Below, piece after piece: positions 18,671 to 28,053 of a stretch of 64,000 nucleotides of DNA (position 1 is the stretch's first letter; every line of letters starts with the position of its first letter). The notes under the pieces were generated by a model. The model saw only the letters and a program-made list of their open reading frames with translations. It did no database searches and was not told the DNA's origin. The stretch lies in the NCBI GenBank assembly GCA_031385045.1, contig JANNBC010000054.1, forward strand, positions 61,562 through 125,561, given 5' to 3'. The stretch is from a bacterium. Its GTDB lineage: Bacteria > Bdellovibrionota_C > UBA2361 > CALJRW01. Both the position numbers and the translations under genes were made by a program.

Positions 18671-21613
18671 ATGACTGCCGATAAAATTTTGGAAAAAATC
18701 AGGGAGATCCTTTCTGCCCAATCGGTAAGTGACTACATTAGACCAATTACTGTAAATCGCCTTAAGCTTAAAGACTACCAAAAGCACCAAGAAGAACGAA
18801 TAAAAGTAGCAAAAACGCTTGCTGATAATATTTACAACCTCTCCAATCTAGAACGGGTAATTGATCCTCAAGCCTATCAAAGTATTTTTAAAAGAAATCT
18901 TGCAGGTCGCACTTCAGAAGATAATCAATTTATCTTAAAATATGCTCAGAAATATTTTCGAGAACATTTTGGTGAGGCAATTAAAAGAAATGGCGAAAGC
19001 CCAGAGATTATTGAACAGATTGTCAAAAGAACAGGCAAAGATACAAGAATTCAGTTTGAAGCAGTTATTGCTGGATTTAACGCCCAACAATTAGCCCAGA
19101 AAATTTATCGAATTGATCTAACACAAATCAAATCCCTTACCTTAATTCAAACAGAATTAGAGCGTTTAGATCCGGAGCAGTTAAGAGAATTACAAGCAGA
19201 AATCAAAATCATCTACCTTCGAGAAATTGCCGAACTAACCAATAAATTCCTCGATCCACAAAAACCTGATTTTCGGTGCCTACAGTTACTTCTTCAAAAT
19301 AAAACTAATCAAGAAATAGAAAAAGTTATTAAAATCATCGAAGAAAGTTACTTACTAAAAGAAGGCCAAGATACTCCAGGCTTTACAAACTGGCTGGAGA
19401 AAAACTTTGCTGGATATGATCTACAAACAATCAAACGAGCTCTGTCAGGTCTAAATCTAAATTATTTAGCTGAAGAAATTAATTGGATCTTCACCAATAG
19501 TGAGCTCCTATGGGTTGATTTTGCTGGACTACAGACTCAAAAACTTGGAAAACTAATCCTCCATGTTGATCATAATCAATCCAAGACATCTCAACTAAAT
19601 CGTGAAATTCGCCTTCGACCTTTTATTCAAGCAATTACTTACTTCTTGCATCAAACTCAATTTGAAAGTCTAAATGCTCTGATCTTAAGTTCCTATGGCT
19701 ATCAACTTACTACAGAATTCTATTTACCCTTAGAAGAACCAACGCCACTTAATAATTATCTAAAACTAGAAAAGGCGCTAACGGGTCTTGCCTCCAAGGA
19801 TAGCAATAAAATGGAAGTTTGTTCTTCAGACTATCGTAATTCGTTACATAATCTAACTAAGCAAGACAGCTCTTTTGATAACAGTCCTCCATTTAATATT
19901 ATTCTTGCTAGACTACTTTTTATTTACACAATATCAGAAGAACAGTTAGTACTATTTAAAGACTCTTGTCTTTCTAATTCAAAAAATAATTTATTTGATA
20001 TTTTACAAAAAAATCTTACTCAAAAAAATCATCGTTATGATTATAGTAATCTGATTGAAGTTCTTTCTTCTGGCCTTGCCCAGCAAATAACTGATTTTGA
20101 AATTAATGATCATTTTGATCGATTGGTTAGTAGAAATTCCTTAACTGAAAATCTAAAATACTTAGCGGATGTTGAGCGAAAACTTCTGAACTTAATTGAG
20201 AACTTTGACATTACACCGGAAGAAAAAGCAGTTCTATTAATTAATGAGCTACAAAAATTAAATCGCCAAGAACTTATTGATATTGATCGACTATTTTATT
20301 TTAAAAATGACTCGAGCCTACTATTAAAAATCAAACCACTAATCTCACCGGCCGCGTTTCTAAAAGTACAAATTATTCTCTGTGGCTTTAATCCTAAACT
20401 AGAAGCTAAAAGCGTAATAGAAAATTTTAACTGGAAAAAATTACTTCAACTTACACCACTCCAGGTCGCTTTATTAGATTCAGAATTAAAAAAAGCACAT
20501 AGTATTACCCTACTTGATTTCCTAGAAAAACAAACAGTAAGTGAGGTTCCTGAAGATATCCTTTTAGCTCCAGCCTTTTTCCCATTAGCTAGCCAATTAA
20601 AACAAAAAATCTTAGAGCCTCAGGCCTGGGGAAATCTGGAGACAGAATATGTCTTAAATAATTTTCGAAATACACCAACCAGACTAAAAGCTCTAGAAGT
20701 TGCCTATAATTTACTCTTTAGCAATCAAGAGCTCTCCCAAGAGTCTAGTCTTGGCTCTTGGAGAAATAGTTTTATTGTTCAAGTTCAACAAAAAAATATC
20801 GATAAAATTGAATATACCAATCTACTTTCACTAGCAGAAGGGATTCCAATTACATTAATACCGGAGATATCTAAAATTACGACAGCAAGCGATCGCGGTA
20901 TTGAGGATCTACATCAACTTGATTTAATCCTTCGAACTTATCGACCAAATCTAAAGATTATCAAGATGCTCTACTTGATTTTTGATGGCGAACTAAGCTT
21001 ACGTGAAAGAATTTATAAATTTAAAGTCTTACCAAGAGATGAGAATCTTAGTCTGCTATTATTAGATGGATATGATCCCGAAAAACTTGCTCAGGAATTT
21101 ATTACTCTCTTTAAATCTCCTAACAAACTTTCGGTACAGTCAATTTACGATTTGCTCAACCCAAAATATTCCACTGTGATTCCAATTAAGGATAATTGGA
21201 AAGAAGAAATGTATCATCAACTCCGTATTCGTTACGAGATTTTTTGTGGGCGTAGACTAGTGACAGATATTCTAACGTTAGTAAAAGATCAAAGTGAGCT
21301 AGAGATAGTCCGAAAAATTTGTGACTTATTATATGGTGATATGTCTACAAAATGCTTTGCCTTGCAACAAGCTTTATTAGCAACAAATGCGGATCCTAAG
21401 TTAATTGTGAAAAAATTGCAGAATTTTAAGCCATCTCAGGTTGAGCAAATGGATCATCTATACTCAAGCTACTTTGGGCTTAGCTTAGTAGAGGAACTTG
21501 TGAAATTCTTTCCAGACGATGAAGACGATCGCTTTGCTGAAGCACTTTTTCTAAGAAGTTCCGAGTGGGAGCAAGAAAAATTAAAACTTAAAATTGAGGC
21601 CGAAGAAAATTAA
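18671..21613 (+). CDS. Large helical protein with annexin-like repeats
   Basis: 980-aa ORF with repeated L..(R/K)T..(E/Q)...I...Y...(F/Y)G..L...L segments. Confidence 0.5.
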   Translation: MTADKILEKIREILSAQSVSDYIRPITVNRLKLKDYQKHQEERIKVAKTLADNIYNLSNLERVIDPQAYQSIFKRNLAGRTSEDNQFILKYAQKYFREHFGEAIKRNGESPEIIEQIVKRTGKDTRIQFEAVIAGFNAQQLAQKIYRIDLTQIKSLTLIQTELERLDPEQLRELQAEIKIIYLREIAELTNKFLDPQKPDFRCLQLLLQNKTNQEIEKVIKIIEESYLLKEGQDTPGFTNWLEKNFAGYDLQTIKRALSGLNLNYLAEEINWIFTNSELLWVDFAGLQTQKLGKLILHVDHNQSKTSQLNREIRLRPFIQAITYFLHQTQFESLNALILSSYGYQLTTEFYLPLEEPTPLNNYLKLEKALTGLASKDSNKMEVCSSDYRNSLHNLTKQDSSFDNSPPFNIILARLLFIYTISEEQLVLFKDSCLSNSKNNLFDILQKNLTQKNHRYDYSNLIEVLSSGLAQQITDFEINDHFDRLVSRNSLTENLKYLADVERKLLNLIENFDITPEEKAVLLINELQKLNRQELIDIDRLFYFKNDSSLLLKIKPLISPAAFLKVQIILCGFNPKLEAKSVIENFNWKKLLQLTPLQVALLDSELKKAHSITLLDFLEKQTVSEVPEDILLAPAFFPLASQLKQKILEPQAWGNLETEYVLNNFRNTPTRLKALEVAYNLLFSNQELSQESSLGSWRNSFIVQVQQKNIDKIEYTNLLSLAEGIPITLIPEISKITTASDRGIEDLHQLDLILRTYRPNLKIIKMLYLIFDGELSLRERIYKFKVLPRDENLSLLLLDGYDPEKLAQEFITLFKSPNKLSVQSIYDLLNPKYSTVIPIKDNWKEEMYHQLRIRYEIFCGRRLVTDILTLVKDQSELEIVRKICDLLYGDMSTKCFALQQALLATNADPKLIVKKLQNFKPSQVEQMDHLYSSYFGLSLVEELVKFFPDDEDDRFAEALFLRSSEWEQEKLKLKIEAEEN

Positions 21614-21647
21614 GTGGCCTTGGCTTTAGCTCCTCGCCACCATTAAT

Positions 21648-21908
21648 CTATAAAACGCTTGCTAGGCCATTCATCACAGCAGCAATCCGAACTCCAGCTA
21701 AAATCTTATCTTCCGAGACTCCTCCTTCGATTAATTGTTTTTCATGGGCCTTAACACAAAATACACAACCATTAATTACAGAGACAGCAAGGCAAAACAA
21801 CTCAAAGTCTAACTGATCATGTCCATGGCTACGGATTCCTGTCATTCGAAGATTTGCTGGCATTGTTAGAATACTTATCCTTTCCCAGCACGTAAGGAAA
21901 CTTTTCAC
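21648..21908 (-). pseudogene. ahpD: AhpD/carboxymuconolactone decarboxylase-family remnant
   Basis: MPANLRM, FELFCLAVSVINGCVFCVKAHE; N-terminal half missing and an apparent frameshift near 21866. Confidence 0.7.
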
Positions 21909-22085
21909 TTACTCCAATCATGCAATTTACTGCGAATTATTAAAAATATTGTCAAAAATCCTTTAAGTGCCTATCATTTAAACATTATCGACCTTAAATT
22001 AGGGTTCAGGTTTAAATAAAGTTCGATTACTGACGATATTCATCACTAAACATTTCTATTTTCTGAGATAAAGGTTTATCAAATT

Positions 22086-22457
22086 ATGATTAAGCAAAAA
22101 AATAACGAAAAAGCATTTTTTAGCTTAAGATTCATAATCTACACAGGGATTTTTGCCCTTTTTATGTACTGCTCTTTTTGGGTTGGTCGCTTTTACTTTG
22201 ATTACTATGCCGTCAAAGATGCTGCCCGAAATATCTTCTTAGAGGCTCACACCAAGAGTGATGCTCGAATCCTAGATGAACTAAAGGTTAAAATACGTCA
22301 CCTAGGGACTCCAATTTTTGACGGAGATATTAAAATTAACCGTAAACCTGGATCTGTTAACTTAAAAATTGAATATAGCGAATATCTTTTTATTGGAGAT
22401 ATCTCTCTACATAAGTTTAATTTTGTAATTGATGAGACCCGTTACTTTAAAAAGTAA
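22086..22457 (+). CDS. Single-TM pilin-like protein (DUF4845-like)
   Basis: Basic N-terminus, hydrophobic helix, Y.DYY.VK, beta-rich C-terminus. Confidence 0.5.
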   Translation: MIKQKNNEKAFFSLRFIIYTGIFALFMYCSFWVGRFYFDYYAVKDAARNIFLEAHTKSDARILDELKVKIRHLGTPIFDGDIKINRKPGSVNLKIEYSEYLFIGDISLHKFNFVIDETRYFKK

Positions 22458-23776
22458 TCTTTAATCAATTCTTTAAACTGCCTGCCACGATCTTCAAAAT
22501 CTCGAAACTGATCAAAGCTGGCTGCTCCTGGAGATAATAGGAATAGGTGTTTCAGATTTTCTGCTTCTGCTAATTTCATATTAGACCAAGCAGATGCCAC
22601 TGCCTCCGATAATTTTTCAGTATAAGCCTTCGCTGGACTTCCTAACTCTTCAAAAACTGTTTTACCAGTAATTGAATAACAATATGCAAAAACTTCTGGG
22701 TGCTGATTTAAATAATCAATGATTACTTGCTGGGAAGTTCCTTTGGAATAGCCCCCCAAAAATAAATGAATTTGATATTCTGAGAAAGCTTCTAAAGCAG
22801 CCACAACTGCTTCTGGTGCAGTAGAAATACTATCATCAATAGCTAGGAAATTTGCCTGCTCCAGAAAAACTTCCAGTCGATGAGGTAAACCTTCAAAGCG
22901 ATTTATAGCTTCTTGAATTAACGGCAAAGATCCTTCCCAAGAAAAGCCCAGTATATCAGCCGAACGTTCTATAACTCCCAGTGCTCCCTGTAAAGAAGAT
23001 TGCAAATGTTTTGGATAGAAATAAGAATTATTAATTGTTATTTTTTGGCCACTAAGCAAGGAGATCTGGCGATCTATAATTGGATAATTAATCTGCTGAT
23101 AATCAATCTGAGGATATTCTAAATCTAAAAAATCAGCTGTTTTTTGATTAATAACAAATAAATTCTTAGCTCCATCAGCAATATGTAATTTATCTTGATA
23201 GTACTGGGCAATGCTTAAATGCCAGCTTAAATGCTCTGGAAATAAGGATGTAATTACAGCAATGTCAGGTTTAATTTCTAAACTTGCTAATTGGTAACTA
23301 GATAATTCAATGACAGCGACATCAAAATCACTATCTACTAAATCCATCAGTGGTAAACCAATATTACCAGCAGCAACAACTTTCACACCAACGGCAGATA
23401 AGAGTTCCATTAGAAGTTTACTAAATGTACTCTTACCTTTACTCCCTGTTACACAGATCTTAAAGGCTGGGTTTAGATCAAAGAATAGCTGATTAGGTGA
23501 TAATATCCTCACTCCACTTTGGAGCGCTAATTGAATCGACTCTTGGTAAAGACTAACCCCAGGAGCTTTAAAGATAATAGAATATTTAGCAAGGTCCGAA
23601 GCTACAATCATCTGACTTGGTAGCGGCAAGGCCTCCGTAAAGGGCTGCTGATCGCAATAGATAATTTCTGAAATTAAAGCATTCTTTGCCAGATAGCGAA
23701 TTAACGCTAAGTTTTCTCGGCCTAAACCATAAAAACAAATTGACTTACTATGTTTAATTAACTCTAAGGTATTCAT
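22442..23776 (-). CDS. murD2: MurD-family ligase, probably MurD2 (L-Glu adding)
   Basis: GLGRE, K.PGVS, VTGSKGKST, GNIG.P, ELSSYQL, HRLE, DDSIST, LSPGAASFDQF; adjacent to murL. Confidence 0.85.
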   Translation of the reverse strand: MNTLELIKHSKSICFYGLGRENLALIRYLAKNALISEIIYCDQQPFTEALPLPSQMIVASDLAKYSIIFKAPGVSLYQESIQLALQSGVRILSPNQLFFDLNPAFKICVTGSKGKSTFSKLLMELLSAVGVKVVAAGNIGLPLMDLVDSDFDVAVIELSSYQLASLEIKPDIAVITSLFPEHLSWHLSIAQYYQDKLHIADGAKNLFVINQKTADFLDLEYPQIDYQQINYPIIDRQISLLSGQKITINNSYFYPKHLQSSLQGALGVIERSADILGFSWEGSLPLIQEAINRFEGLPHRLEVFLEQANFLAIDDSISTAPEAVVAALEAFSEYQIHLFLGGYSKGTSQQVIIDYLNQHPEVFAYCYSITGKTVFEELGSPAKAYTEKLSEAVASAWSNMKLAEAENLKHLFLLSPGAASFDQFRDFEDRGRQFKELIKDYFLK

Positions 23777-25064
23777 CTAAAATAATCTTAAACTTTTTAG
23801 GAATCAAATCTTCCCCCTGCAAGCTAAATAAATCTAGTTCGCTTTCTGCTGAAATTTGCTCAGTAATTTTTTGTACAATAAAAGAAGTATGATATTTTTT
23901 TTCTTTAATTAAAAGTCGAAATAATTCCCGACACTCGGAGTACTCACCAACACATTCCCAAGGCTTATCCTCTGCTAGTCCTGTTAATCGTTGAAACTCC
24001 AAGAGCAAATCCTCCGCTGCTAATAAATTCGCACCAAAAATCTGGAACATCTTATGTTGATCTACAAAAGGAGCCATGCAAAGAAAAACAAAACAACACT
24101 TAGCGCATCTCCCACACCATTTTCTTGTCCGATCGCTAGAGAGTTTCTTAAACTGATTACAACTAGCAAAGATATCTAAATATTCATGGTGCTTGGCAAG
24201 TTGCCTAGCAATCCCAGCTTCAGAAAACTGTCTTAATAATGAAAAATATTCCAACTCCCCATTAATTTGCGTTTTGATAAAATTATTAAAACGCTCTTCA
24301 AAATGAAAGGACTTACTATATTGATGATTCACTGCAGTACCTAAATACTCCAGATTAGCTTCATTGGCGGACCTTTCATTCCCTAAGACCAAATACTTTT
24401 TTTGGTAAATCAATCCCGCGACAACACAAACTGCGCCAAGAATAGCTGAAAATGGCACATGGCCATTTAACCCTCCCTGCTCATTTAGCAACAACAATTT
24501 CGGATCGATCTTTCTAGTAATTTCTACTAAGGGTAGGTTCATTAATTCGGCAATCGCTTGTACTTGTGGGTTAACACCTAAGGTTAGAAGTAGCGGTTTC
24601 TCTGCTTTTAATATTTCCAAACAAAGCATCGAATCCTTACCACCACCCATCGGAAGAATTATTCCTGACAAGGAATGATTATTTGAAGCTTTTAAGTTAG
24701 TTTCTAAGGCAACTGGAAAGTTAATTTTATCTCGTAGATCTAACTGATTACGATAAGCAAACTCTTGTAAGCCTAGGAAAAATGTCTGATTAAAAAACTC
24801 GGCTTGCGCGGTACTTAACCAATAGTTGTGTAATGTAATCTCATCAGGTACGCCAACTTTATAATAACTTATTCCAAGAATTAAATGCAGGTAAGCTAAA
24901 CTTGTCGCTAGCTCAGAAAGATCAAGTTGCTTGAGGGAAATATTTGGAAAACAAATCTCTTCCTGAAACTGATGTTGATCCAAAGAATAATTAAACTTCA
25001 CAATCAGTGAGTCTGAAATTACTTCAGTCTGATAATCGAGGTAAGAAAAGTTTTTAAAATGCAA
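23754..25064 (-). CDS. murL: UDP-MurNAc-L-Ala-L-Glu epimerase
   Basis: ISYYK, GGGKDS, LNGHVP, NERSA, NHQYSKS, SCN, WCG.C.KC, KP.ECVG. Confidence 0.88.
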   Translation of the reverse strand: MHFKNFSYLDYQTEVISDSLIVKFNYSLDQHQFQEEICFPNISLKQLDLSELATSLAYLHLILGISYYKVGVPDEITLHNYWLSTAQAEFFNQTFFLGLQEFAYRNQLDLRDKINFPVALETNLKASNNHSLSGIILPMGGGKDSMLCLEILKAEKPLLLTLGVNPQVQAIAELMNLPLVEITRKIDPKLLLLNEQGGLNGHVPFSAILGAVCVVAGLIYQKKYLVLGNERSANEANLEYLGTAVNHQYSKSFHFEERFNNFIKTQINGELEYFSLLRQFSEAGIARQLAKHHEYLDIFASCNQFKKLSSDRTRKWCGRCAKCCFVFLCMAPFVDQHKMFQIFGANLLAAEDLLLEFQRLTGLAEDKPWECVGEYSECRELFRLLIKEKKYHTSFIVQKITEQISAESELDLFSLQGEDLIPKKFKIILDEYLRVN

Positions 25065-25354
25065 AATAAATAGCTATTAATAGACCAGCTAATTTTATGA
25101 TAAATTAGCAACTATGTAAAAAGCCCCGACTCGTAACCTTTTCCGTATTTATTTGTTAAAAGTTGCTCACGGCGAGACTAATTTAGTAGATAAATTTGCT
25201 GAAATCTTACTGAGCTAAAAGTCTCCGAGCAAGGCAACGCCCAAAGCTCGCCTAAAACCAGAATAATCCGCAACTTATTCCTTTTCTTAATATAAATTTA
25301 GGGCTAAGTTATAGTTGATTGAAATTACTTTAATACAAACTCAGATCTTTCGTA

Positions 25355-26083
25355 GTGAACCTAGAAATCGAATTTAAATTTTTCATTGATCATCCCTCCC
25401 CTTCCTTCCTTGCTGACTTAAAAAACTGTCCTCAAAATAACATTCTCTCTCAATACCTATTTAGTCTTCAAAAAAGCCAGGAGTTATTGATTCCTAAAGC
25501 ACAGGAATTGAGCTCCGATCCTCAGCTCATTACTGTGGGAGCAGAATTAAAAGGTCGAGTCCGAAGTATCACTAATAATTTATCAAAACACTATTTGCTG
25601 GGCCTTAAAGGCCCTAAGGATGAGAAATTTAAAAAGTTAGATATTGTTTCTAAACCAGAATTAGAAGTTGAGATTACTGAAGCAGATTTTAATCTACTTA
25701 AAACACAGGCCGATCGTGGCTACATTGTTAAAAATAGAACGGATGTTCCTTGTTCTGTTAAATATCAAGATCAAACTTATCAGTTTGTAGTAGAATTTGA
25801 TCATCTCCTAGAAGTAAACGGTACTTCTTTAAAATCAAGGTTCTTAATCGCTGAAATAGAAATACCCGAATTAAACTCTAGTCACTTAATTCAGGTCATT
25901 CGTTCTGGGGAAATAACTTTGCATTTTATAAGCAAAAATTACAATTTTAAGAATTTAAATCCAGTTGAAGTTGCCGTTAATTGCGCAGAAGATTATTCTG
26001 ACTTGATGGCTAGCCGAAAACTAGTTAATAATATTGGCCCACAAGGACCAAGTGAACATTTAAAAAAATACTTTGATGAATAA
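25355..26083 (+). CDS. CYTH-like domain protein
   Basis: N-terminal EIEFKF, RVR, LKGP, ELEVEI, IAEIE. Confidence 0.65.
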   Translation: MNLEIEFKFFIDHPSPSFLADLKNCPQNNILSQYLFSLQKSQELLIPKAQELSSDPQLITVGAELKGRVRSITNNLSKHYLLGLKGPKDEKFKKLDIVSKPELEVEITEADFNLLKTQADRGYIVKNRTDVPCSVKYQDQTYQFVVEFDHLLEVNGTSLKSRFLIAEIEIPELNSSHLIQVIRSGEITLHFISKNYNFKNLNPVEVAVNCAEDYSDLMASRKLVNNIGPQGPSEHLKKYFDE

Positions 26084-27152
26084 GAATATTAAACTTCTAA
26101 ACGATGCCGGCCAGTCAATTTGGTATGATAATCTATCCAAAGACATTCTAAGTAATGGAACACTTGCTTCCCTAATCCAAGAAGGACTAAGTGGACTAAC
26201 TAGTAACCCAGCGATCTTTGAACAATCAATTGCTAAAACTACTACCTACCTGGCAGAAATCTCAGAGTTAAAGAAACAAGGTAAAAACGCTATCGATATT
26301 TGTGACCGTTTAATGCTAAACGATGTAGCTAATGCTGCTGACTTACTCTTACCAACTTATCAGGCAACCTCTGGCAAGGATGGCTATGCCAGCCTTGAAG
26401 TGTCACCACTACTAGCAAATAATATATTAGAAACAATTGTTGCTGCTAAATTATTCTGGAAAGAACTAAATCGTCCTAACATTATGATTAAGATTCCAGC
26501 AACACCTGCTGGAATATCTGCCATTCAAGATCTAATTGCTTTTGGGATTAACATTAACGTAACACTAATCTTCTCCCCAATTGTTTATAAAAACGTCATT
26601 AACTCTTACCTTGCTGGTTTAAAAACGAGGCTAGAACAAGGCAAAGATATCTCTAGAATCCATTCTGTGGCTAGCTTTTTTATCTCACGAGCCGATACTT
26701 GGTTTGAAAATCAGCTACCAAACAAACCAGAACTAGGACAGCTTGTTGGAAAAGTTGGTATTGCTAACGGCTTAAAAGCCTACGAAGTATTTGCAGAAAA
26801 TTTCAGTAGTAATGAATTTCTAAAATTACAAGAAAGTGGTGCTAATATCCAAAAAATCCTCTGGGCCTCAACAGGTGTTAAGAATAAAAGCTTAGACTCT
26901 TTGCTCTATGTAAAAGAGCTACCTTACAATAATAGCGTGGCTACTCACCCACCAGCTCTAATTGAAGCAATTCTTAAGGCTGAAAACTTTTCACTAGTAA
27001 CTTCTGAAATTAAATTTGAAGATGTCTTTCAAACCTTAAGTGATCATAATCTTAGCCTAGAAAAAATGTACCAAGATTTATTAAAAGAAGGTGTAGATAA
27101 GTTTGCTGATTCTTTTAATCAATTACTACAAGTCATTGAAAAGGCTGGCTAA
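26076..27152 (+). CDS. tal: Transaldolase
   Basis: GQSIWYDN, GLTSNP.IF, SLEVSP, MIKIPAT, NVTLIFS, SVASFFISR, LWASTG.K. Confidence 0.93.
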   Translation: MNKNIKLLNDAGQSIWYDNLSKDILSNGTLASLIQEGLSGLTSNPAIFEQSIAKTTTYLAEISELKKQGKNAIDICDRLMLNDVANAADLLLPTYQATSGKDGYASLEVSPLLANNILETIVAAKLFWKELNRPNIMIKIPATPAGISAIQDLIAFGININVTLIFSPIVYKNVINSYLAGLKTRLEQGKDISRIHSVASFFISRADTWFENQLPNKPELGQLVGKVGIANGLKAYEVFAENFSSNEFLKLQESGANIQKILWASTGVKNKSLDSLLYVKELPYNNSVATHPPALIEAILKAENFSLVTSEIKFEDVFQTLSDHNLSLEKMYQDLLKEGVDKFADSFNQLLQVIEKAG

Positions 27153-27450
27153 CCATTAGCAAAAGTAACAAGAGACTTGCCATTACCGACATCACTGCAA
27201 TTAAGCCCTAAATTATTGGCGGATACTTCCCTTGTTCGATAGTTACTAGTAGTACTCAGCTAAGGAAATTTTTATTGATTGAGTTAGCTTTAAAGCTACA
27301 GAGTCCAACAATTAGTAACGCTATCTGGGCAAGGGTAACCTAACTGAATGTATATTCCAGATTTTAGATTTAGTCTTAATCACAGTCTTTGTAGGGTGTA
27401 AAATACTACTAGAGGATCATTCTGCAGAAAGCATCCCGGCAGGGAATACC

Positions 27451-27978
27451 ATGATTAAAATTTGTAAACTTCAAGCACTCCAGATAATTAGCCTAATTCT
27501 AGTTTTCAATATTTATTTACTCGCAGAACCAAGTCTTGTGCTAAACGGCACAGGGAAAAGACAAGCAACTATTTTCAGAGTTAATGTCTATGAAGCAAAG
27601 CTATATCTAGAAAATAAATCTCATAACCCTGAAGATATTATTAATTCAAAGCAAGATAAGAAACTCGTCCTTTTCTTTCTAAGAGATGTTAGTAAAAGCC
27701 AAATTAATGAAGCCTGGCAAGATGGCTTTGAAAGAAATTCCGCCTTTACGATCAAGCTTCAAAACAAGTTAGCACATCTTCAAAGTATGATGTCCGATGT
27801 TAAAAAAAACGATCAATTAACCTTTTATTGGAACAATTCAGCTGTGCAAATCTTACTTAATAATAATTTGGTGACAACAATTGAAGGAAATGATTTTCAA
27901 AAAGCCTTAATGCTTAACTGGTTAGGAGAAACTCCACCGAATCAAAGTTTAAAAGAGGGACTACTAGGTAATACTTAA
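27451..27978 (+). CDS. Exported chalcone-isomerase-like protein
   Basis: Signal peptide; LVLNG.G.R....VY...LYL; WLG..P....LK..LLG. Confidence 0.8.
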   Translation: MIKICKLQALQIISLILVFNIYLLAEPSLVLNGTGKRQATIFRVNVYEAKLYLENKSHNPEDIINSKQDKKLVLFFLRDVSKSQINEAWQDGFERNSAFTIKLQNKLAHLQSMMSDVKKNDQLTFYWNNSAVQILLNNNLVTTIEGNDFQKALMLNWLGETPPNQSLKEGLLGNT

Positions 27979-28053
27979 CCCGCATAATTCATTAGTGATT
28001 AGAAAGAAATAGAATTTTTTTCCCTCGCTACGTGTACTGTTGAATAATGCGGG

